This document shows, one piece after another, positions 18,205 through 25,796 of a DNA stretch of 64,000 nucleotides. Position 1 is the stretch's first letter. Each line of letters starts with the position of its first letter. The notes beneath the pieces were generated by a model. It worked only from the letters and a program-made list of their open reading frames with translations, had not been told where the DNA came from and did no database searches. The DNA is from Rhodocyclaceae bacterium (lineage in GTDB: Bacteria; Pseudomonadota; Gammaproteobacteria; Burkholderiales; Rhodocyclaceae): contig DAHXLO010000036.1 of the NCBI GenBank assembly GCA_027365955.1, forward strand, positions 83,807 through 147,806, in the 5' to 3' direction. The position numbers were made by a program, and so were the translations under genes.

Positions 18205-18921
18205 TTACTCGTCGTCGTAGAGCGTCAGTCCGTCCAGCACGGGCGCGCCGGCATCGAACACCAACATGCGAACGTCGGCGAGCGCAGCCAGGTGCAACAC
18301 TTCCACGAGGGACTCCGGCATGCCCTTGGCCCGGTGCTCCTGCCGCAGTTCTTCGGCGGTGATGCCCTCGACCTGCTGCACGTTCGCATCCGTCCAGGGC
18401 GTGGCGATCAGCTTCACGCCGACCGCCGGGCTGTAGGGAATGCGGAAGGCGATGAACAGAAAACCGCTCGGCGTGGCGATGTCGGCCAGGTTGGCCAGAT
18501 AGCGGCCGGCCTCCTCGGTGATGTGCGCCGAGCTGATTTCCCAGGCACGGCTGTAGAAGCCGGTCTCGAAGCGCAGGCGCCGCACCACCTCGCGTGCGGC
18601 TTCCTCGGAGTAGGTATCGCCGACGTGCAGCGGCTGGCCGGCTTCTTCGGCCATGACGGCGTAGACGAGGTTTCGGGCGATGCCGTGGCTGCGGCATTGC
18701 GCGTCCAGCTCGGGCGGCACGTTCTGGCCTTCCGTGATCAGCGCGAAGTCGTCGCAGAAGACGCAGGCATGGCGCTCGACCTGGCTGTCCGGCAGGTGCG
18801 ACTGCGAGACGTGCAGCGGCAGATAGCTCAGCGGGCAGTCGTCGTCGTAGGAAATCGCCAGCAGCCGTTGCACGGACAGGCCATCGTAGCCGCGGACGAA
18901 GGGGTTGTTGGAATGGGACAT
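18205..18921 (-). CDS. Conserved hypothetical ICE protein
   Basis: 238-aa ORF starting MSHSNNPFVRGY with GGAGG RBS. Confidence 0.78.
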   Translation of the reverse strand: MSHSNNPFVRGYDGLSVQRLLAISYDDDCPLSYLPLHVSQSHLPDSQVERHACVFCDDFALITEGQNVPPELDAQCRSHGIARNLVYAVMAEEAGQPLHVGDTYSEEAAREVVRRLRFETGFYSRAWEISSAHITEEAGRYLANLADIATPSGFLFIAFRIPYSPAVGVKLIATPWTDANVQQVEGITAEELRQEHRAKGMPESLVEVLHLAALADVRMLVFDAGAPVLDGLTLYDDE

Positions 18922-19171
18922 GGGATTCCTCCAGCAGAGGATGGCCGAGGCAATCCCCTGCCGGGGATTGAACCCCAGCGGGTGGATGAAGTGGCAGCCG
19001 GTCAGCCGGCCGCGGCGTCGGACCGCCCTGGTGGCGGGCGGTGCGGGTCAGTGGAAGATGCTGATTCGGGACATGGCCGCTCCTGCGAAAAGAAGGAGGG
19101 ACATGGCCCCGAACGGGGACGCATGTCCCTCGTGGGGTGGGATGAAAGGACGGTGGGTTGCCAGGCGCGGC

Positions 19172-19564
19172 TCACCAGCCGTTGTAGTGCAGCGTGAGGT
19201 CAGCGATGACCTGGCGCCGTTCCAGATCGAGGCCGCCGAAGTCGGACAGCCCCTCGAAGCCGCAACGCTTGAGCATCGCGCCACCCTCGCGGGCGTTGTA
19301 GAAGCTCACCATCGCGGACAGGAACATGCGTTGACCGCTGCTCAGCACGCCCAGGGCGTCGTTGAGCATCAGCATGTTGGGCCGCAGATCCCACTTGGTG
19401 GTGGCACGCTGCAGACCTTCGCGTGTGCCGTCGCCGAACCACTCGTGGCCGGCGATCTGCGCGCCGCGCTTCCAGGCCTCGAAGAAGGCCTGCGGTGCAG
19501 CGTCGAAGTGCGCCTGTTCCAGCGCCATCTGATCGAGCACGTCTTCGGGCAAAGACAGATTCAT
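19172..19564 (-). CDS. Conserved hypothetical ICE protein
   Basis: 130-aa ORF with AAGGAG RBS. Confidence 0.78.
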   Translation of the reverse strand: MNLSLPEDVLDQMALEQAHFDAAPQAFFEAWKRGAQIAGHEWFGDGTREGLQRATTKWDLRPNMLMLNDALGVLSSGQRMFLSAMVSFYNAREGGAMLKRCGFEGLSDFGGLDLERRQVIADLTLHYNGW

Positions 19565-19590
19565 GAGAGGACTCCTTGAAGGGTGGGGAA

Positions 19591-19827
19591 TCAGGGCTGA
19601 GCGCGCTGCGTCCAGGCATGGGTATCCAGGGCGCGCTGTGCTGCGAGGTGGGTGGGGAAATACTCGACGGACTCCCGCGATACCGGGCCTTCGTCGTCTT
19701 GCGTGCCGATGTATTGGCCGGCCGCGCTGCGCAGCACCTGTAGCGGCAGACGCTTGCCGGTCCAGGCCAGCGCCAGCGCACCACTGCGCACTGCGGTTGC
19801 AGAGGAAGATGCGGAAGGTTCAGACAT
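19591..19827 (-). CDS. Small conserved ICE protein
   Basis: LQVLRSAAGQYIGT...PVSRES.EYF motif; AAGGAG RBS. Confidence 0.75.
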   Translation of the reverse strand: MSEPSASSSATAVRSGALALAWTGKRLPLQVLRSAAGQYIGTQDDEGPVSRESVEYFPTHLAAQRALDTHAWTQRAQP

Positions 19828-19959
19828 GCCGTGCTCCTTGGTGGGTCGGGGAGCACGCATCCCACAGGGGATGGGGTTCCCCTCGGGTGGTTGAGAAAAG
19901 TGCATCGTCGCCAGGCCGGCGAGCGTCCGCGGTGGGCGATGCGAAGCGGACTGGATCGG

Positions 19960-20030
19960 TCAACGCGGCGAACCGCGTTGCAGTCTTGAAGACCGAGACT
20001 GCCAGGGCATGCCGCTGACGACTGTCAGCA
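19960..20030 (-). repeat. Family B three-hairpin element, copy 3
   Basis: CAACGCGGCGAACCGCGTTGCAGTCTTGAAGACCGAGACTGCCAGGGCATGCCGCTGACGACTGTCAGC; first stem is a perfect 8 bp. Confidence 0.8.
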
Positions 20031-20606
20031 ACGCATGGGTGAGGATGGGCGCGAAGCATGGCTGCCGTCGCAGGGAAAACCGAATCGCGGACGGCCCGCT
20101 TTAGGGCAGGCCCGCGTCACGGGACAAGGCAAGGACCAGGGCGCCGAAGGCCACGCGGGCCTTCGGCTGGAGAGGAAGGAAAACCACCTGTGGGCTGCGT
20201 CAGCGCAGGCCGTCGTCAAAGCCGTTCGCTGCGTCAGCAATCGCACCCGGCCCGTTTCGTGGCTGGGGCCGGAAACCTCTGGCGTGCATCCACACACAAA
20301 GGGAGCCCGTTGTTCCGCCGGCGGGCACCGGCACGGAATACCCTCGGCCCAAGTGGCCTCCTCACGGCTCGCGCGGCGGCAAGGCGTCAGGAAGCCCCTC
20401 GTGGCCGAGGCAAGGCACACCGATCAAGGGAATGGCGGCGGGCGCGATTCGTGGAGCAATGACCTTCTCGCCCCGTCGCCCGATGCCGGGCAGACGGGGC
20501 GCGCACACCGTTGCAGAAGGAGACGCGCGCTTTGGAGTCCCGCGCGGCGCGGGACGTTTGCCTCGCCGCCAGTGAAGTGGCCGGCGCGGCAGGGGAAAAG
20601 CGAGGA

Positions 20607-22622
20607 TCAGGACGCCTTGGAGGCAGCGCGCCGCTTGCGCGGTGCGCTGCGCCGGCCCGTCGGGGACTCGATCGGCAGCGTGCCCTTGCAGTCCGGGTAG
20701 CGCGAGCAGGACCAGAACGCGCCGCTCTTGCCCGTGCGCTGCTGCATCGGTGTGCCGCACTGCGGGCAGGCCGGCGCCGGCGGCAGCTTGAGCGAGAGCG
20801 TTGCGCCGCGGTACTGCTGCACGAGCTGGCCGACCCACACGGACTGCTTCTCGATGAAGGTGTCCAGCGCCATCTGGCCGGCCTCGATCATGTCGAGTGC
20901 CTGCTCCCACACCGCCGTGGTGCCGGGGTCGGCGATGGCCGAGGGCACCGCGTCGATGAGCGTGAATGCCGCGTCGGAAGCGCGGACGGCGCGGCCTTTC
21001 TTGACCAGGTAGCCGCGACCGATCAGACCGTTGATGATGTTGGCGCGTGTCGCCTCGGTGCCGATGCCGGTGGTATCTCGCAGCTTCTGTTTCAGCCGCG
21101 GGTCGGTCACGAACTTGGCGACGGTCTTCATGGCCTTGATCAGCTCGCCCTGCGTGTAGGGTTTGGGCGGCAGCGTCTTCAGCGCCTTGAGATCCACCTT
21201 TCCGACCGGGCAGGACAGGCCCGCATGCAGGGCGGGCAGCACCTGGCTGCGCTGCACATCCTCGCCATCGGCATCGTCCGGCCCCGGCGTCGCCAGCACC
21301 TCGCGCCAGCCGGTGACGGCGATCTGCTTGCCCACGGCCGCCAGCGACTGACCGCCGCACGAGAACTGCGCCATCGTGCGGTCGAACTCATGGTGTGGGA
21401 GGAACTGCGCGAGGTAATGGGCGCGGATCAGCCGGTAGACGGCCAGCTCCTTCTCGCTCATGGCCGACAGGTTGGCGGGTTCCAGCGTCGGGATGATGCC
21501 GTGGTGAGCCGACACCTTGCCGTCGTTCCATGCACGCGAGCGCAGTTGGCGATCCAGGCGCTCGATCAGCGGCCGCAGGCTGGGGTCGGTCTTGACCAGG
21601 CTGTCGAGTACGGTCGGCACCTCAGCCAGCATGCTCTCGGGCAGGTAGCCCGAATCCGAGCGCGGATACGTTGTCGCCTTGTGCGTCTCGTACAGCGCCT
21701 GGGCAATGTCCAGCGTCTCCTGCACGTCGAGGCCCAACTGCTTGGAGCACACCTCCTGCAGCGTGCCCAGGTCGAACGGCAGCGGCGGCCCTTCGCGAAC
21801 GCGCTCGGTTTCTACCGACAGCACCTGGGCGGAGCCGGCCGTGCGCAGGCGCTCGGCGGCCTGCTGCGCCACCGGCTGTTGCAGGCAGCGGCCCGCATCG
21901 TCGGTGCTGCCTTGCGGCGGCGTCCAGCTTGCGACGAAGGGCTGGCCTGCATGCGATAGCGCAACCTCGATGGCCCAGAACGGTACGCAGACGAAGCGCG
22001 CGATCTCGCGATCGCGGTCCACGACCAACTTCAGCGTCGGCGTCTGCACGCGCCCCACCGACAGCACGCCGCTATAGCCGGCCTGGCGCCCCAGCAGTGT
22101 GAACAGGCGGCTCAGGTTCATCCCGATCAGCCAGTCGGCGCGCGATCGGGCGAGTGCGGAGAAATACAGCGGCAGCGTCTCGGCGGACGGCTTGAGCGCG
22201 CCCAGCGCCTTGCGGATCGACGCATCGTTGAGCGCCGACAGCCACAGGCGCTGAATCGGCCCGCGGTAGCCGCATAGGTCGATGATCTCGCGGGCGATCA
22301 TCTCGCCCTCGCGGTCGGCGTCGGTCGCAATCACCAACTCGCTCGCCTTGGCGACGAACTGCTGCACGACCTTGAATTGCGCTGCGGTCGCCGCCTTGGG
22401 CTCGACACGCCAACGCTCAGGAAGAATGGGCAGTTGCTCGATGGCCCAGCGCTTGTATTGCTCGCCGTAACCTTCGGGCGGAACCGCCTCCACCAGATGA
22501 CCGATGCACCAGGTCACGACGACACCTGCGCCGCTGTAGCAGCCGTTGCCGCGTTGACCGGCACCCAGCACACGGGCGATGTCCTTGCCCTGGGACGGCT
22601 TCTCGCACAGGAACACGCGCAT
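20607..22622 (-). CDS. topB: DNA topoisomerase III
   Basis: Toprim CEKPSQ and DADREGE, GRVQTPTL, catalytic TYPRSD, C-terminal zinc ribbon. Confidence 0.95.
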   Translation of the reverse strand: MRVFLCEKPSQGKDIARVLGAGQRGNGCYSGAGVVVTWCIGHLVEAVPPEGYGEQYKRWAIEQLPILPERWRVEPKAATAAQFKVVQQFVAKASELVIATDADREGEMIAREIIDLCGYRGPIQRLWLSALNDASIRKALGALKPSAETLPLYFSALARSRADWLIGMNLSRLFTLLGRQAGYSGVLSVGRVQTPTLKLVVDRDREIARFVCVPFWAIEVALSHAGQPFVASWTPPQGSTDDAGRCLQQPVAQQAAERLRTAGSAQVLSVETERVREGPPLPFDLGTLQEVCSKQLGLDVQETLDIAQALYETHKATTYPRSDSGYLPESMLAEVPTVLDSLVKTDPSLRPLIERLDRQLRSRAWNDGKVSAHHGIIPTLEPANLSAMSEKELAVYRLIRAHYLAQFLPHHEFDRTMAQFSCGGQSLAAVGKQIAVTGWREVLATPGPDDADGEDVQRSQVLPALHAGLSCPVGKVDLKALKTLPPKPYTQGELIKAMKTVAKFVTDPRLKQKLRDTTGIGTEATRANIINGLIGRGYLVKKGRAVRASDAAFTLIDAVPSAIADPGTTAVWEQALDMIEAGQMALDTFIEKQSVWVGQLVQQYRGATLSLKLPPAPACPQCGTPMQQRTGKSGAFWSCSRYPDCKGTLPIESPTGRRSAPRKRRAASKAS

Positions 22623-22816
22623 GAAGCCTCCTTGGAAATGTGCGGGTCATCGGATGGGCGTCAGCTTTGCGGGACCGGGAGATGCCGGCAGCAAGGAAGC
22701 CGATTGATGCAGACACCGCTTTGTGATCGGCAGGCGGTCCGTTGGCGCAGCCGCAGGTGCTGGCACAGCAAGAGCGTCGTTTCGGGAGGGCGGCTGGAAC
22801 GCCGTGGACGACCTTG

Positions 22817-22839
22817 GAGCTACCCCCTGGGGATAGCTC
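22817..22839. promoter_or_regulatory. Palindromic box, copy 1 (about 195 bp upstream of topB)
   Basis: GAGCTACCCCCTGGGGATAGCTC, one mismatch to a perfect inverted repeat. Confidence 0.6.
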
Positions 22840-22903
22840 GCTGGTGCATCGCGGGCGTATGACGGTTGCTACAGCCGCCCTCGGGGGAACGGCGATGGGC
22901 GAA

Positions 22904-23287
22904 TTACTGTCCGCCGGCCGGCTTGGCGCTGAGCGCCACCGACGCGATGCGATACGGCAGAATGCCCACGCGCCGCGCTTCGACCTTGAACGTGACGCGC
23001 TCGTTCTCGTCGGCGTCCTCCCATTCGTCGCGCACGGTGCGGCCCTCGACCAGCACCCGCATACCTTTCTGGTACAGGTCTTTCCAGTGGTCGGCGTCGC
23101 GGTGCCACAGCTCCACCGGCGCCCAGAAGCCGCCGCGATCCTCGTAATCGCCATCCTTCTTCGGGATCGGGTTGTCGAAATAGACGTTCAGGCGAAGCAG
23201 CCGGCGCGGCTCGTCGTTGCCGTTCGGAAATTCGCGGTAGTCCGGCGCAGAACCGATGTTGCCCTCGCCGACGAAGTGCGTGCTCAT
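22904..23287 (-). CDS. ssb: Single-stranded DNA-binding protein, ICE type
   Basis: MSTHFVGEGNIGSAP and YQKGMRVLVEGR OB-fold motifs. Confidence 0.88.
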   Translation of the reverse strand: MSTHFVGEGNIGSAPDYREFPNGNDEPRRLLRLNVYFDNPIPKKDGDYEDRGGFWAPVELWHRDADHWKDLYQKGMRVLVEGRTVRDEWEDADENERVTFKVEARRVGILPYRIASVALSAKPAGGQ

Positions 23288-23832
23288 GGTGACTCCTTGG
23301 TGGTGGGTGGAACGGACGCGGTATTCCCGTGGACGCGCCGCAGGTAGGCCGCTTCCGCCTGCGCGGCCTTGTTGGCGCATTCCAGGGCTTGACGAGCGAT
23401 GCTGTGGGTCAGGCTGATCTGCATGTTCAGCACGATGCGCTGCAGTTCCATCGCGTACAGCTCGTCGATCAGCGAGGCCGGTGTCGCGGGGTTGGCCAGC
23501 AGGGCCTCCCACAACGCCACGCCCATGGAGGAACGGTCGAGGTTGCGCCAGCGCAGGAAGGTCGTCCCTGCGCCAGTGGCCTGCTGGGCCAGTTGCACGT
23601 CGAGCAGACTGAATGGATAGGCGCGCGCCTGGGGCAGCACGCGCCGCTGCGCCAGGCCAATCACGTCGTCGCGCAGCGCTGCGCACTGGCTGGCCCAGGT
23701 CTCCAGACTCCCCTTACCCTTAAAAGGCTGTAAAAGGCCTTTTAGGTAGCCTGCGTGTTCCAGCCGCTGGAAGTCCGCCTGTTCCAGCGCCACGAAGCGC
23801 GTGGAGTGGCTGATAGGGGGCGATGCTGTCAT
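23284..23832 (-). CDS. DUF3158-like ICE protein
   Basis: LKGLLQPFKGKG and FLRWRN motifs; lies between the inrR-like gene and ssb. Confidence 0.8.
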   Translation of the reverse strand: MTASPPISHSTRFVALEQADFQRLEHAGYLKGLLQPFKGKGSLETWASQCAALRDDVIGLAQRRVLPQARAYPFSLLDVQLAQQATGAGTTFLRWRNLDRSSMGVALWEALLANPATPASLIDELYAMELQRIVLNMQISLTHSIARQALECANKAAQAEAAYLRRVHGNTASVPPTTKESP

Positions 23833-24617
23833 GCGCCAGCACCCTCATCGCCCGCCGCACCATCGGCTGCGCCACCCGTGGAAGCCTGCGCATCGGGCAC
23901 GATGGCAGGCGCAGCAGGCGGCGTGCCGGGCTTGTTCGTCCGCCGCGCGATGGGTGGCGCGAAGCGCGAGCGGCGCGTGCCTTCCAGCACGTCCTGCGGC
24001 AACTCGCCGAACTTCTCCAGCGCCGCTCGCGCCGCCGCGTTCTTCGCCGCGAAGTCGTCGCGCGTCGTGCCCGAGTAGCGGTACTGCTGGGCCAGCGAGA
24101 ACAGGCTGCGCAGCGCGTGCGCACCATCATTGAGCCAGCGCTCCAAGGTGCTGCGGTCGATCAGCGCCGTGTGGTGCGCCAGGATGAGTTTGCGTGCCAG
24201 GTCGTCGTAGTCGGCCAGCAGATACACCGCCATGAAGCCGAGCTGGGCGTTCACGAACAGCGGCAGCTTCACCGGCTGCACGTTCATGTTCTCGCCCAGC
24301 GACAGCGCCGATGGCACGTCGGCCAAGGCCTGATCCACCTGGTCGCGCAGGGTCTGCAGACGGGTCTTGGTGTCGGCGAGCTTGTCCTCGATCCGCAACA
24401 TCCACCAGTCCGAGTACGGGTCGTCCTGCTCGGCGCCGCGCTTCATCTTGTTCATGGCGCCGATGAAGCCGTTGAGACCGATGATGCCTGGGCGCCCCTC
24501 GGTCGGCGCGCGGCCGTGCCAGATGCGCGAAGCGTGGTGCGTGTGCAGCGTCAGCGACATCGCGCTGCGCAGCGATCCGAGATTCAGTTGCAGGGGTTCT
24601 GTGCGTTCGTTGGCCAT
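23829..24617 (-). CDS. PFL_4669-family ICE protein, InrR-like activator
   Basis: LTLHTHHASRIWHGR and DDPYSDWW motifs; same position as inrR in ICEclc. Confidence 0.8.
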   Translation of the reverse strand: MANERTEPLQLNLGSLRSAMSLTLHTHHASRIWHGRAPTEGRPGIIGLNGFIGAMNKMKRGAEQDDPYSDWWMLRIEDKLADTKTRLQTLRDQVDQALADVPSALSLGENMNVQPVKLPLFVNAQLGFMAVYLLADYDDLARKLILAHHTALIDRSTLERWLNDGAHALRSLFSLAQQYRYSGTTRDDFAAKNAAARAALEKFGELPQDVLEGTRRSRFAPPIARRTNKPGTPPAAPAIVPDAQASTGGAADGAAGDEGAGA

Positions 24618-24737
24618 GGGAGCGACTCGCGGTGAATTGGCGAGTCGCCAGCATCGGCATCGGCCGGAAGGCTGTCAGTCAACAAACCGCAGCCCATGCG
24701 CGCCCGGTTTGTTCCGCGCGGAAGGCTGTGTGTGCCG

Positions 24738-24758
24738 GCTATCCCCTGGGGATAGCTC
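24738..24758. promoter_or_regulatory. Palindromic box, copy 2 (about 120 bp upstream of the inrR-like gene)
   Basis: GCTATCCCCTGGGGATAGC perfect inverted repeat around a central T. Confidence 0.6.
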
Positions 24759-24805
24759 GGCGGATGTGTTCGCGGCTCGCGCGGAGGTGAGACCGCGTTG
24801 CGGGG

Positions 24806-25666
24806 CTATGCTTCGCGAGGTCTGTACCAGGCGGCCCGTTGCCCCTCCACCTCACGGTAGCGAAGCTCGAACAGGCGGCACTCATGCACCACCTGCCGCC
24901 AACTGCTGCAGCCGTACTTGGCTGGAAGCTGCTCGGGATGCCGGTCCGCGATCCAGCGGCCAGCGGCGGCGATGGGTGTCCAGCCCTCGACGGCCAACTG
25001 CGCGGCGGCCTCGCGCAGCGCGCGGACGATGCCGGCGGCCGGCCAGTCCACCGTGCCGTCCGGCGCGATGCCATTGACCACCAGGTCGTGGAACACATCC
25101 GACTGGACGAACTCCGCTGCCAGGCGCCGCGCCTGATCCATGTGCTCGGCCCAGCCGCGCAGCTGCTCGAAGTGTTGATCGATGCGCGTGTAGGCGGAAC
25201 CGAGTTCGTCCTGTGCAACGCGGCACCCGTCCACGGTCCATAGATCGTGCTGATCGATGAAGTGGTGCACCAGAGTGTTGCGCAGCGATACCAGGTCTTT
25301 GAGGTCGGCCTGGGTGTTGGCGTAGTCCTGCGCAGACAGGCTCAGTTGCACGCGCGTGCGAAAGGAAATCACGTCGCCGGGAAGATCGTCGTCGCGTTCC
25401 TCGCCGCCATTTCCATCGGTGACGACATACGAACCAAACAGTTGTCCGACCAACGTGCCCAGGGTCTTGGTCGCGGCATCTTCAATCCGCGCTGCGCGAA
25501 TGGCCTCCAGCGAATGCGCCGGGCCTGAAATCTCGTGGTGGGCCACGATGGCTTTCATGAGGCGCTCGTATTGTTGAAGGCGCAACAGGCATCTGCCCAG
25601 CAAGCGCTGAACGTCTTGCTGTAGTGGTTGCAGTGCGTTTGTGGCGGGGGAAGTCGTCATGTCCAT
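24806..25666 (-). CDS. HEPN-motif plus OST-HTH/LOTUS domain protein (accessory insertion)
   Basis: LRNTLVHHF (R-x4-H) in a helical N-terminal part. C-terminal GW..IA.AG.WI...HPE..P.KYGCSSW.QVV...LFE resembles LOTUS. The start could be 25660, 25666 or 25729. Confidence 0.7.
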   Translation of the reverse strand: MDMTTSPATNALQPLQQDVQRLLGRCLLRLQQYERLMKAIVAHHEISGPAHSLEAIRAARIEDAATKTLGTLVGQLFGSYVVTDGNGGEERDDDLPGDVISFRTRVQLSLSAQDYANTQADLKDLVSLRNTLVHHFIDQHDLWTVDGCRVAQDELGSAYTRIDQHFEQLRGWAEHMDQARRLAAEFVQSDVFHDLVVNGIAPDGTVDWPAAGIVRALREAAAQLAVEGWTPIAAAGRWIADRHPEQLPAKYGCSSWRQVVHECRLFELRYREVEGQRAAWYRPREA

Positions 25667-25771
25667 CGTCGGCCGGGCTCGTGCGTGGCTGTCCTCGTCT
25701 GATTCACAGGCGACAGTTTCGCCTGTCATTCGGCGGGCGACAATCGAGCGCGGCGGAAAGATGTCTGTTCC

Positions 25772-25790
25772 AGCTATCCCCTGGGGATAG
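25772..25790. promoter_or_regulatory. Palindromic box, copy 3
   Basis: AGCTATCCCCTGGGGATAG, between the STY4528-like stop and the HEPN-LOTUS start. Confidence 0.6.
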
Positions 25791-25796
25791 TCAACA

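Larger units (their letters stand above)
12275..19900 (-). repeat. Dispersed family A element: GC hairpin plus conserved tail, just upstream of ribosome-binding sites (about 9 copies)
   Basis: Copies at about 12275-12327, 12684-12734, 14611-14661, 15059-15102, 16376-16428, 17943-17996, 18951-18991, 19096-19148 and 19848-19900. Plus-strand pattern: long stem, then CCCC-N2-5-GGGTGGATGAA(AG)-like tail. Confidence 0.75.

Noticed and set aside
12275-20030. Repeated elements as a CRISPR or guide-RNA array
   Set aside because: The copies are dispersed, separated by whole genes and variable in sequence. There is no regular repeat-spacer period and no cas gene.
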